Assembly: GCA_044070495.1 (NCBI GenBank)
Contig: JBIPSI010000015.1
Coordinates: 83,215-147,214, forward strand
Direction of reading: 5' to 3'
Source: Spirulina sp.
GTDB lineage: Bacteria; Cyanobacteriota; Cyanobacteriia; Phormidesmidales; Phormidesmidaceae
DNA: 64,000 bases
Positions 30,833 to 39,436 of this stretch are shown in pieces. The notes under the pieces were generated by a model. It worked only from the letters and a program-made list of their open reading frames with translations. It did not search any database and was not told the origin of the DNA. How positions within the stretch are numbered: position 1 is the first letter of the stretch; every line of letters begins with the position of its first letter. The position numbers were made by a program, and so were the translations under genes.

Positions 30833-31016
30833 CTATTGTAAGCGCCCTAGACCGCTTTGCCGGAAAGGTCTAGCTCTGTCCAGCCCTCGGCGGCGGCTTG
30901 GTCAATTAGTTGCAGCAGATCAGCTCATCTTGGGGCATGGGCGTGGGGGTGGCGGGTGTTTTCCCAGTTATAGTGGCGTTTAGGGGCTGTTGGCGAGGCC
31001 AGAAACGGGGCTTCTT
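30833..31016 (-). repeat. Array repeat C: Roco promoter, frameshifted Roco 5' end and cassette head
   Basis: ATG 30938, 5-bp CTGAT insertion; homology through GAGCTAGACCTTTCCGGC, then TCTAGGGCGCTTACAAT. Confidence 0.92.
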
Positions 31017-31023
31017 GGTAAAG

Positions 31024-31290
31024 CTAGGCTGTTTGGGCAATGGGTTGACCGAGATCATACAGAAACTCTGGTGCAAAGTCTGCCCCGTTGGGCCATTCAA
31101 TAGTGCTGGTCTCAGGATTTAGAAAGACCTGCTTAAAGTATTCGACATCCTTCAGGGGTGCAAAAATTTCGCCGTACAGTTCTTGGGCTAGATCAACATC
31201 CACGATGGCCTGGTTGTTAAACGTTAGTCTAAGTTTGTAGTTATCTAAATACTCAACCGTCTCAACATGAAGAAACATCGTTAACCTCAT
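31024..31290 (-). CDS. DUF2442 protein (cassette 2)
   Basis: YKLRLTFNN...GEIFAPLKD...TIEWPNGADFAPEFLY. Confidence 0.88.
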   Translation of the reverse strand: MRLTMFLHVETVEYLDNYKLRLTFNNQAIVDVDLAQELYGEIFAPLKDVEYFKQVFLNPETSTIEWPNGADFAPEFLYDLGQPIAQTA

Positions 31291-31548
31291 TTACTGCAAA
31301 GGCTCTACTTCATTCAGTGCTTTTCTCTGCCGTGCCAGTTCCCAATTTGCTAGAAGTTCTGTCTGGTGTAAGTCTAGCCATTCCAACACCATCCGCAAAG
31401 CCCGCTTAGACATTCTGCCTTCAACCACCCCAGTTTCTATTTCCACAATAATTTCCTGTTCCTGATAACGAGCATGAAAATGAGGTGGTTGATGATCGTT
31501 ATAGTTCATAAAAATAACGATGCCGTAGAATCGGCTAATGGTCGGCAT
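31291..31548 (-). CDS. DUF4160 protein (cassette 2)
   Basis: MPTISRFYGIVIFMNYNDHQPPHFHARY...ELLANW. Confidence 0.9.
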   Translation of the reverse strand: MPTISRFYGIVIFMNYNDHQPPHFHARYQEQEIIVEIETGVVEGRMSKRALRMVLEWLDLHQTELLANWELARQRKALNEVEPLQ

Positions 31549-31563
31549 AGCTAATGCCTCAAA

Positions 31564-31682
31564 TGACTAAGTCCATTGTAGGCTCTCTAGATAGTCCTGC
31601 CAGAAAGGTCTAGCTCTGTCCAGCCCTCGGCGGCGGCTTGGTCAATTAGTTGCAGCAGCTCATCTTGGGTCATGGGTGTGGG
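31564..31682 (-). repeat. Array repeat B: stranded Roco 5' end and cassette head
   Basis: ATG 31673 reads MTQDELLQLIDQAAAEGWTELDLSG; then ACTATCTAGAGAGCCTACAAT. Confidence 0.92.
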
Positions 31683-31709
31683 CAAATGAAGAGGTGGAAA
31701 TTGGAAAAA

Positions 31710-32147
31710 CTAAGACAAATTTTCAAGATCTGCTAAGTCTTGAAGTCGGCCTGAGGCACGCTTATTAAGCTTGAGATTTTCTAGGTCGATAAAGTTAACC
31801 ACAATGCCATCCATCTCCACCGTCAAACGATTGGTATAGCAGGTGGCAAAGTCAACACCATCTGGCGTTGTAATAAGATCAATAAGACTCGGAGGATAAC
31901 CTAATTGAATCACCTGATCTGGAGTCAAAAAGTCCTCTGCTTGAAGGTTCAGTGATGCGAATCCAAACTGCTTTAGAGCTTTTAGCATATTGGCAGCATT
32001 CTCAGGCGTCATCTCAACCCAAATATCAATATCTTTGGTGTAGCGAGGATAGCCATGCAAAGCCACAGCATAACCGCCGATTACCAAGTAATTAACCTGA
32101 TTATCGTTTAGTGACTGTATAAACTCTTTGAAATCTTGGTTCAGCAC
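31710..32147 (-). CDS. Nucleotidyltransferase-family protein (cassette 1)
   Basis: YLVIGGYAVALHGYPRYTKDIDIW...KRASGRLQDLADLE. Confidence 0.85.
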   Translation of the reverse strand: MLNQDFKEFIQSLNDNQVNYLVIGGYAVALHGYPRYTKDIDIWVEMTPENAANMLKALKQFGFASLNLQAEDFLTPDQVIQLGYPPSLIDLITTPDGVDFATCYTNRLTVEMDGIVVNFIDLENLKLNKRASGRLQDLADLENLS

Positions 32148-32304
32148 CGTATTTCCAGCAATGATACTGTTGGCGAAGATTTTCTAGCGCCCCAATTCTA
32201 TCGATATAGGGCTGTGTTCGCCAGTAAGTGGCCTCTTGCTTAGGCGCATGAAGGCTAGCCTTAGTTACGACGGCTTGTATAGTACGCCGTTCGGATTCTG
32301 TCAC
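32101..32304 (-). CDS. Small partner protein of the nucleotidyltransferase (cassette 1)
   Basis: GGAGGA RBS before GTG; YWRTQPYIDRIGALENLRQ...FQRVY; overlaps the NTase start. Confidence 0.65.
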   Translation of the reverse strand: MTESERRTIQAVVTKASLHAPKQEATYWRTQPYIDRIGALENLRQQYHCWKYGAEPRFQRVYTVTKR

Positions 32305-32320
32305 GGTCAATCCTCCATAC

Positions 32321-32474
32321 AGTACCTAAGACCTATCTTAATCCACCGCCTCGGCGGCGGCTTGGTCAATCAGTTTCAGCGGCTCATCTTGGGTCATGGG
32401 CGTGGGGTGGCGGATGTTTTCCCAGTTATGGCGGTATTTAGAGGCTGTTGGCGAGGTCAGAAGCCCGGTTCCTT
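32321..32474 (-). repeat. Array repeat A: Roco promoter, decayed Roco 5' end and head
   Basis: ATG 32397 reads MTQDEPLKLIDQAAAEAVD*; upstream 80 bp homologous to repeats C and D. Confidence 0.9.
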
Positions 32475-32486
32475 GGGTAAGCGGGT

Positions 32487-32536
32487 CTACCAGAGAACCT
32501 TGATGATTTCCGAGTCTCGCAGCATGGTGTCGCGGC
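32487..32536 (-). pseudogene. 50-bp remnant of the cassette-3 PIN gene 3' end
   Basis: 49/50 identical to 30196-30245 (RDTMLRD(A/S)EIIKVLW*). Confidence 0.9.
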
Positions 32537-32652
32537 ACGGATCTAGCCCCACGTAGCCTGCGTCGAATCCGCCCCCTACCCCGTGAAACTTTAGTTCGCC
32601 CATGTACGTCCAGATAACTCTAATCTTGAAAGATAGGTCTTTGGCAGCCACC

Positions 32653-33210
32653 ATGAAGCGATCACCCCTGTTCTCCCTAGCCCTAGCGAGTGTGGCGCTG
32701 ATGGGCGCTGTCCCCACAGCCTTTGCCGCCGAGGAGGTGGAGTTGCGGTATCGGGGGCTGAGCCGCACCGTAGCCGTAGCGGATTTGGCGACCCTAGCGG
32801 AAACCGGGGAAGCTCCGGCGAGGCTGGAGGGAATTTTGCAGATGGCCGGACAGTCGCCAGAAACCCTGCAAACGGTGCTCAACCACAGGCTCGAAACCGA
32901 TGCGGTGGTCTTAGACAAAGCCCTCAACAGCCTGCCGGGAGAATGGTTGCTCGATCAATTAGGGCAAACCCTGCGTCCGGTCAGTGGGGAGGCCAGTCGG
33001 CAGGCGTTGCGGTCGGCACTGGTGCTGTCGGCCAGCGACGATGGTGATGTGACCCTGCTGGAGGTGTTGCAAGCCTACCCCACCGAAACCGTCGTCCTTG
33101 AAGTCGATCAGCTTCAGTCGGCCTTTGAACGGATAACCACCTTCCTAGAGCCAATTTCGCGGGTGCTGGGCGAGAACATCCTAGAAATTATTCTCCGGGG
33201 CGGATTTTGA
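32653..33210 (+). CDS. DUF1400-type secreted alpha/beta hydrolase-associated protein
   Basis: Signal peptide AFA-AE, ALRSALVLSA, TLLEVLQAYP. Confidence 0.8.
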   Translation: MKRSPLFSLALASVALMGAVPTAFAAEEVELRYRGLSRTVAVADLATLAETGEAPARLEGILQMAGQSPETLQTVLNHRLETDAVVLDKALNSLPGEWLLDQLGQTLRPVSGEASRQALRSALVLSASDDGDVTLLEVLQAYPTETVVLEVDQLQSAFERITTFLEPISRVLGENILEIILRGGF

Positions 33211-33346
33211 ACCCCCAGGGGGCTGCGGTAGGATGATGACCTAGAAAAATGCAGAAAATACGGTTTTGTCCGGGTTTAGGGTCAGCGGTCGGGCGTCAGC
33301 ATGGGCCAACCCTAGGGCGGATGGTGTTCTTTTAAGTCGGTGCCCT

Positions 33347-34579
33347 ATGGTTTCCCAACGTCAACGGCTGGTGCCCTGCCCCCTTGGCCCGCTTCAGGTG
33401 GCGGCATTGCCCCCAGCCAATGCCCTAGCCGATCCACCGATCACCCTATCCCTGGTGATTCCCACCTACAACGAGGGCCAAAACCTAGGGCCGCTGATCA
33501 ACGCCTTGGTGACGATCCTCGATCCGGTGCTGCCCAACGACTACGAATTGATCGTGGTCGATGATGATAGTCCCGACCTCACCTGGCGGCAGGGGTTGGC
33601 CCTAGGGGAGCATATTCCCCAACTGCGGGTGATGCGTCGCCAGGAGGAACGGGGTCTCTCTTCGGCGGTGATTCGCGGCTGGCAGGTAGCCCAGGGGCAG
33701 ATATTAGGGGTGATAGATGCCGACCTGCAACATCCCCCAGAAGTCCTGCTAGGCTTACTGGAAGCGATTCAGTCTGGGGCAGATTTAGCCGTGGCCAGCC
33801 GCCATGTGGAAGGGGGCGGCGTCAGTGAATGGAGCCTTGCCCGCCGCCTTCTGTCGCGGGGTGCCCAAACCCTAGGGCTGCTGATTTTACCGGGCGTCGT
33901 AGGCCAAGTCAGCGACCCCATGAGCGGCTTCTTTATGGTGCGGCGACAGGCCATCGCGGGGCCATTGCTCAACCCCAAGGGCTACAAAATTTTGCTAGAG
34001 GTGCTGGGCCGAGGCACCATCGACACCATCACCGAAGTCGGCTACGTCTTCCAGGAACGCCAGGAGGGCAGCAGCAAAGTCACCTGGCGGCAATACCTCG
34101 ACTACATCCACCACCTGCTACGGCTGCGGGCCGGAGGTCGCCTGTCCCACTGGCATCGACGCTTTCCCTGGCGGCGGTTTGTGCGCTTTGGCCTAGTGGG
34201 GCTGAGCGGCGTGGTGGTGGATATGGCCATCCTTTATTTGATGCACACCGCCCTAGGATTTCCCCTCACCCGAAGCAAAATTGTGGCGGCGGAAATCGCC
34301 ATCCTCAACAACTTTATTTGGAACGATTTGTGGACCTTTGCCGATGTCAGCCTGCACCAACGGGGTGGATCGGCTCGATTCAAGCGGTTCCTTAAGTTCA
34401 ACTTAATTTGTTTGGCCGGACTGGTGCTCAACGTCCTGGTGCTGAACCTGGTGTACAACCTGATCTTTGGCCAGCGCTGGGCCTACCTCGCCAACCTGAT
34501 CGCTATCGGTCTGGTGACCATTTGGAACTTCTGGCTCAACCTCAAACTGAGCTGGCGGGTTACCCAGGTGAAATCGTAA
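33347..34579 (+). CDS. GT2 polyprenol-phosphate glycosyltransferase fused to a GtrA domain
   Basis: LVIPTYNE, VVDDDSPD, IDADLQHPPE, SDPMSGFF; C-terminal RFVRFGLVG...NNFIWNDLWTF. Confidence 0.88.
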   Translation: MVSQRQRLVPCPLGPLQVAALPPANALADPPITLSLVIPTYNEGQNLGPLINALVTILDPVLPNDYELIVVDDDSPDLTWRQGLALGEHIPQLRVMRRQEERGLSSAVIRGWQVAQGQILGVIDADLQHPPEVLLGLLEAIQSGADLAVASRHVEGGGVSEWSLARRLLSRGAQTLGLLILPGVVGQVSDPMSGFFMVRRQAIAGPLLNPKGYKILLEVLGRGTIDTITEVGYVFQERQEGSSKVTWRQYLDYIHHLLRLRAGGRLSHWHRRFPWRRFVRFGLVGLSGVVVDMAILYLMHTALGFPLTRSKIVAAEIAILNNFIWNDLWTFADVSLHQRGGSARFKRFLKFNLICLAGLVLNVLVLNLVYNLIFGQRWAYLANLIAIGLVTIWNFWLNLKLSWRVTQVKS

Positions 34580-34605
34580 CCTCGCCGACGCTGGTTGAGC
34601 CACAA

Positions 34606-34632
34606 AAGCCTTGGACTCGAAGTCCAAGGCTT
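34606..34632. terminator. Hairpin/terminator between convergent genes
   Basis: AAGCCTTGGACT-CGA-AGTCCAAGGCTT. Confidence 0.65.
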
Positions 34633-34766
34633 AAAGCGGAAATCCTCTGAAGAGGATTGGGGTATGGGCACAGGTTTTCCTGCCTCGCATCAAGTTTCCC
34701 CTTCAAAATGACCTGGTTGTCCCTAAAACCCGTGGTTGGGGACAGTTGGGAACGTGGGACGGCGGC

Positions 34767-35165
34767 CTAGGACGGCTGATCCGGGGAAGGGGTGGCCAAA
34801 AACTGACGCAGGCGTACCATCACCAAACTTTGGCCAAAGCTGATGGGCAGTGCTGAAACCCCCTCCAGTTGGGACTGCACCCAGCGATCCCCCCAGTACC
34901 ACTCGTGGAAGCCGTCAATGCCACCGGAGAGCACCAGGCGCAGGTGATTTTGCGACAGTTCCTGAACTTCGTGGCGGATTTCCACAGGGCCGAAGTAGCT
35001 GTGGAAAACGAGATCACTGTGGAGGGCATCGGGCAATCCAATCTCGAAGCGCTGGGGCCACAGCCATTGCCGAAACTGATCGGGCTGGAGCAAGCTGGCC
35101 TGAATTTGCCCAGCGGCGGCATCAACTTCAATACGGAGGCGGCTTTGCTGAAAGGTGCCAATCAT
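34767..35165 (-). CDS. Conserved cyanobacterial hypothetical protein
   Basis: MIGTFQQSRLRIEV...GIDGFHEWYWG, coding-like composition. Confidence 0.7.
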   Translation of the reverse strand: MIGTFQQSRLRIEVDAAAGQIQASLLQPDQFRQWLWPQRFEIGLPDALHSDLVFHSYFGPVEIRHEVQELSQNHLRLVLSGGIDGFHEWYWGDRWVQSQLEGVSALPISFGQSLVMVRLRQFLATPSPDQPS

Positions 35166-35301
35166 AAACCGTTGGGAAAAACCGCAACAACACCTCCCAG
35201 TATGCCAAAAGTCCATCCAAGCTTCAGCCCAACCCACTAGGCAAAGGAATCACGCCCCTACCCACCGACTCCCCAAGCGAGGAGACCTCGCCCCTACCGA
35301 T

Positions 35302-35400
35302 CCATCACCGTCCCACCTTCCCACCCCATCACCGTCCCACCTCCCCACCCCATCACCGTCCCACCTTCCCACCTCCCCACCTTCCCACCTTCCCACCTGT
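35302..35400. repeat. Short tandem repeat tract (8/24-bp units)
   Basis: CCATCACCGTCCCACC(T/C)TCCCACC x3 plus TCCCACCT units. Confidence 0.75.
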
Positions 35401-35472
35401 CACCCCACCCACCCACACTGAACCCCTTGTTTGCTATAACTGTCCATTGATCCCACCGGATATGAGGCGTCC

Positions 35473-36453
35473 ATGATTGAAGTTGAGCACCTCGGTAAAA
35501 CCTATGGCTCCACCCCGGCCATTCGCGATGTCACCTTTGAGGCCCAGCCGGGGGAGATTCTAGGCTTTTTGGGGCCAAACGGGGCAGGCAAAACCACCAC
35601 CATGCGGATTTTGTCGGGCTATCTGCCAGCCTCCGAAGGTACGGCCCGGATCGCGGGCTACGATGTCCACACCGATTCCATGGCGGTGCGGCAGCGGATT
35701 GGTTATTTGCCAGAATCGCCGCCGCTGTATCCGCAGATGACGGTGGAGGGGTATTTGAACTTTGTGGCAAAAATTAAGGGCGTTCCGGCGGGAATGCGGC
35801 CCCAGCGTGCCCAAATTGCCATGGAGCGCTGTGGGTTGTTGGATCGGCGGACGACGCTGATTCGTAAGCTGTCGAAAGGCTATCGGCAGCGGGTGGGCAT
35901 TGCCCAGGCCATCATCCACGACCCGCCTGTGATCATTCTGGACGAACCTACCGTGGGCTTGGATCCTCGCCAAATCAACGAAGTCCGCCAGTTGATAAAA
36001 AGCCTCGCCGGAAGCCACACCATCATCCTCTCCACCCACATTCTGCCGGAGGTGAGTATGACCTGCGACCGGGTGACGATCATCAACCGAGGTCAGGTGG
36101 TGGCGACGGATACGCCGGATAACCTGACGGCTCGCCTCGCCGGAGAAATGGCCTACGAGGTGGAAATTAAGGGCGACGTGAACCAGGCCCAACCCCTGCT
36201 GACCCATTTGGCCGAGGTGCGCCAGGTGGAAATCCTCAGTCCCGATCATTTGCCCGAGCATCATCATCGTTTGCGGGTGACGGGAAATCAGGACGCTGGA
36301 CTGGGCCAAGCCATTGCCGCTAGCCTCGTCCATGCGGGCCTAGAACTGCACGAACTGCGCCGCCAGCAGGCCACCCTAGAGGACGTGTTCCTCAACCTGA
36401 CCACCACCGAACCCAGTGCCCCCCCAGTGCCCTCCGTGGAGGCGACCCGATGA
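35473..36453 (+). CDS. ABC transporter ATP-binding protein (GldA-like)
   Basis: GPNGAGKTT, LSKGYRQRVG, LDEPTVGLDP. Confidence 0.92.
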   Translation: MIEVEHLGKTYGSTPAIRDVTFEAQPGEILGFLGPNGAGKTTTMRILSGYLPASEGTARIAGYDVHTDSMAVRQRIGYLPESPPLYPQMTVEGYLNFVAKIKGVPAGMRPQRAQIAMERCGLLDRRTTLIRKLSKGYRQRVGIAQAIIHDPPVIILDEPTVGLDPRQINEVRQLIKSLAGSHTIILSTHILPEVSMTCDRVTIINRGQVVATDTPDNLTARLAGEMAYEVEIKGDVNQAQPLLTHLAEVRQVEILSPDHLPEHHHRLRVTGNQDAGLGQAIAASLVHAGLELHELRRQQATLEDVFLNLTTTEPSAPPVPSVEATR

Positions 36454-37310
36454 CGAACGCAAACCCGAATTTGAATCCACCCTTAAAGAACAACTTGAAC
36501 AATCTGATTTTCAAAAACATCCTGGCCATCTACCAGCGGGAGTTGCAAAGCTACTTCACCTCGCCCCTGTCCTACGTGATTGCGGCGGTGTTTTGGCTGC
36601 TGGGAGGCTTTTTTCTAGTGGCGATTTTGCTAGGGCCGCAGGGCCTCATTGCCCAGGCCGCCATGGCCGACCAAGCAGCTCAGATGGGCATGGCCCCGCC
36701 GCCCCCCTTTGATGTGGCCTACGAATTCAACAAAGCCTACGTGGGTCTGCTGGGTTCGCTGTCGATGTTTGTGCTGCCGATGCTCTCCATGGGTCTTTAT
36801 ACCGACGAACGCAAGCAGGGCACCCTAGAACTGCTGGCCACCTCTCCCATCCCCAACTGGGCCGTCGCCCTGGGCAAACTGCTGGCGGTGGTGACGTTCT
36901 ACATCGGCATGGTGCTGCCGTTGATGGTCAGCCAGTCCGTAGCCTTGGGGGCGGCCACTCCGGCGGTGGGTTCGGCGGGGTTTGTGCTGTCCTATGTAGG
37001 GCTGGTGCTGATGGCCGCGAGCCTGCTGGCCCTGGGCATGTTCGTCTCCTCCCTCACCGATAGCACCGTGCTGGCGGCGATTATGACCTTTGCCCTCATC
37101 TTGCTGCTGTGGCTGGTGGATGCCGTGGCCCAGGGGTTGCCCGGTGCTCTGGGGGAAGCCTTCAGCCATCTCTCCCTGCTGCGCCACTTCACCACCTTTA
37201 CCGAGGGCGTGTTTGACTCCAGCAGTTTGGTGCTGTTTTTGTCCTTCATCGGCCTCGGCATTTTTCTCACCGCCCAATCCGTCGAAGCCCTGCGGTTCCA
37301 ACGCTCCTAG
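36450..37310 (+). CDS. ABC-2 permease (GldF-like)
   Basis: RELQSYFTSP, ERKQGTLELLATSP, six TM segments. Confidence 0.88.
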   Translation: MTNANPNLNPPLKNNLNNLIFKNILAIYQRELQSYFTSPLSYVIAAVFWLLGGFFLVAILLGPQGLIAQAAMADQAAQMGMAPPPPFDVAYEFNKAYVGLLGSLSMFVLPMLSMGLYTDERKQGTLELLATSPIPNWAVALGKLLAVVTFYIGMVLPLMVSQSVALGAATPAVGSAGFVLSYVGLVLMAASLLALGMFVSSLTDSTVLAAIMTFALILLLWLVDAVAQGLPGALGEAFSHLSLLRHFTTFTEGVFDSSSLVLFLSFIGLGIFLTAQSVEALRFQRS

Positions 37311-37430
37311 CTAGGGGGGAGGATCCCCCTAAATCCCCCTTAATAAGGGGGACTTTGATGTCGATTCTCTCTTTGAAAAGGGGAGTTTGACTCCGGTTCC
37401 CCCCTTACGAAGGGGGGCTAGGGGGGATCC
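37311..37430. repeat. CCCCCTT-N-AAGGGGG palindromic repeat cluster
   Basis: GGATCCCCCTAAATCCCCCTTAATAAGGGGGACTTTG, reverse orientation of the 14.6 kb repeat family. Confidence 0.75.
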
Positions 37431-37486
37431 ACTAACGCCTCCTTTACTGTCAATTTCCCCTGACCCGTCCCTTTTGGTGTAGCTCC

Positions 37487-39166
37487 ATGAACGTTAAGGT
37501 GGCCTATCAGAAGTATCTCAAGTACCTGGCCCTGCCCGGTTTGGCCCTGGCTACGGCGGGGTTGATTGCGGGCTTTGTGGCGGGGTGGACGCCCCTACCC
37601 TCGGCCCTGCTGTTGGGCGGCCTGGGTCTGATGGTGGTGGGCCTAGGCTTTAGCGAGTATGGCCGCAACCGCTTCTGGAGTCAGCGTTCCACCGAGGCGG
37701 GGGCCAATGCCCTAGTGTCGGTGCTGGCGGTGCTGGTAATTTTGGGCCTGGTGAACTTTCTGGCGGTGCGCTACTCCAGTCGGGTGGATCTGACCGAAAA
37801 CCAGATCTTCACCCTGGCCCCAGAGTCTCAGCAGGTGGTGCAAGCCCTGGCCGAACCGACGCGGGTGCTGGTGTTTGACCCCAACCAAAATCCCCAGGAT
37901 CGGCAGCTTTTGGAGAGCTATCGACGGGCCGGGGATAACTTCGCCTTCGAGTTTGTCAACCCCTACGACAACCCCCGGTTAGCCCAGGACTTTAACGTCA
38001 CCCAGCCGGGGATGGTGTTTGTGGAACAGGGAGAAACCCGCCGCCCGGTGCAGACGCTCACGCCATCAGATCGGCTGTCGGAACGCACCCTCACCAATAC
38101 CCTGGCGCAGTTAGGTACCGAAAACGCCCTCAAGGCCTACTTCACCCAGGGGCACCAGGAATTTGCCATCGACGGCAGCGAAACCGGATTTCTCCAGGCC
38201 GCCACTGCCCTAGGGGAAAAGGGCTTCATGGTAGAGCCGCTGGACTTTGCCACCACCCCCACCGTGCCGGAGGATGCCAGCGTCGTCATCGTGGCGGGGC
38301 CAGCGACGGAATTCTTTGATGCCGAAGTCAATGCTCTGAAGACCTACCTAGATCAGGGGGGCAGCCTGATGCTGCTGATCGACCCGCGCACCAACCCCAA
38401 TTTGGGCAGTTTGTTGGATCCCTGGGGCGTTACCCTCGACAACCGAATTGTGCTGGATACCTCCGGCGCAGGGCAACTGGTCGGCCTTGGCCCCGCCGCC
38501 CCCCTCGTCACCGACTACGGCGATCACCCCATCACCCGAGACTTTGGCACCGGGCGATCCTTCTTTCCCTTGGTGCGGCCCATCAATGTGGAAGAGGTGC
38601 CGGACGTAACCGCTGTCTCGATTCTCAACAGCAACGCCCAAAGCCGCGCCGAAGCTCTCTCTGCCGAAGGGGAACTTCAGTTCGACGAAAACGCGCCCCC
38701 CTCCGGCCCCTACAGCCTCGGCGTGGCCCTCAGCCGTCCGATTAGCAAAGACAATGTAGCGGATTCTCAGCCAGAGGAAGCTGCCGCTGAAGACGGGGCC
38801 ACCGACGAGGAGAATCCTGACGCTGAAGCGGAGGAGGATACCCTCCTAGAGGACTTAGTAGAGCCAGGGTCGTCCGCCGACAGCGACCGCACCGCCCAAG
38901 AAGCCCGCCTAGTGGTAATCGGCAACGCCTCCTTTGCCACCGATGGCCTGTTCGAGCAGCAGCTTAACGGCGATGTCTTTCTCAACTCCGCAAGCTGGCT
39001 GGGCCAAGCCGATGACGCCACCCTCTCCATTCGCCCCCGCGAAGTCACCAACCGTCGCATTACGATGACGGTACAGCAACAGATTGGCCTTGGGGTATTT
39101 GCCCTGCTGATTTTGCCCCTAGTGGGCGTCATCCTGGCCGTGCTGCTATGGCTGAAACGACGCTAG
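37487..39166 (+). CDS. GldG-family ABC transporter auxiliary component
   Basis: DLTENQIFTL, YFTQGHQE, NGDVFLNSASWL, C-terminal TM ending WLKRR. Confidence 0.88.
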   Translation: MNVKVAYQKYLKYLALPGLALATAGLIAGFVAGWTPLPSALLLGGLGLMVVGLGFSEYGRNRFWSQRSTEAGANALVSVLAVLVILGLVNFLAVRYSSRVDLTENQIFTLAPESQQVVQALAEPTRVLVFDPNQNPQDRQLLESYRRAGDNFAFEFVNPYDNPRLAQDFNVTQPGMVFVEQGETRRPVQTLTPSDRLSERTLTNTLAQLGTENALKAYFTQGHQEFAIDGSETGFLQAATALGEKGFMVEPLDFATTPTVPEDASVVIVAGPATEFFDAEVNALKTYLDQGGSLMLLIDPRTNPNLGSLLDPWGVTLDNRIVLDTSGAGQLVGLGPAAPLVTDYGDHPITRDFGTGRSFFPLVRPINVEEVPDVTAVSILNSNAQSRAEALSAEGELQFDENAPPSGPYSLGVALSRPISKDNVADSQPEEAAAEDGATDEENPDAEAEEDTLLEDLVEPGSSADSDRTAQEARLVVIGNASFATDGLFEQQLNGDVFLNSASWLGQADDATLSIRPREVTNRRITMTVQQQIGLGVFALLILPLVGVILAVLLWLKRR

Positions 39167-39171
39167 CCCCC

Positions 39172-39190
39172 GTAGGGTGGGCACTGCCCA
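39172..39190. repeat. REP-like palindrome
   Basis: GTAGGGTGGGCACTGCCCA. Confidence 0.7.
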
Positions 39191-39208
39191 TAACTCAACT
39201 AAGCGCCA

Positions 39209-39436
39209 TTAAGCGCCATGCACCTCTTCTTCCCCCCGCTCAAGCATGGATTCCTGGACATGCTCCTGCTCATGGAGCTTATTGGCCATGGCTAAGCGGG
39301 CTTTTTCTTCCACGGTGGAAGGCGCGTCTTCATGCAGTTCTTCGGCGCTGCGCTCTAGCATGGCGTCCTGGCGGAGTTCCTCCTGCTGACGTTGCTGGGC
39401 CAAGAGTTCGCGGGCTTGTTCGGTTTGCTTATCCAT
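39209..39436 (-). CDS. Small protein with two glutamine synthetase inactivating factor (IF7-like) motifs
   Basis: AGGAGAG RBS; repeats QARELL..RQDAMLERSAEE and KARLAM..VQESMLERGEEE. Confidence 0.6.
   Translation of the reverse strand: MDKQTEQARELLAQQRQQEELRQDAMLERSAEELHEDAPSTVEEKARLAMANKLHEQEHVQESMLERGEEEVHGA

Noticed and set aside
29217..32474. CRISPR array or classical integron interpretation of the repeats
   Set aside because: Repeats are 80-180 bp of coding and promoter sequence separated by 600-800 bp gene pairs; no cas, intI or recognisable attC structure
32487..32927. 146-aa minus-strand ORF ending in PIN-like residues
   Set aside because: Chance fusion of a DUF1400-gene antisense frame with the 50-bp PIN remnant
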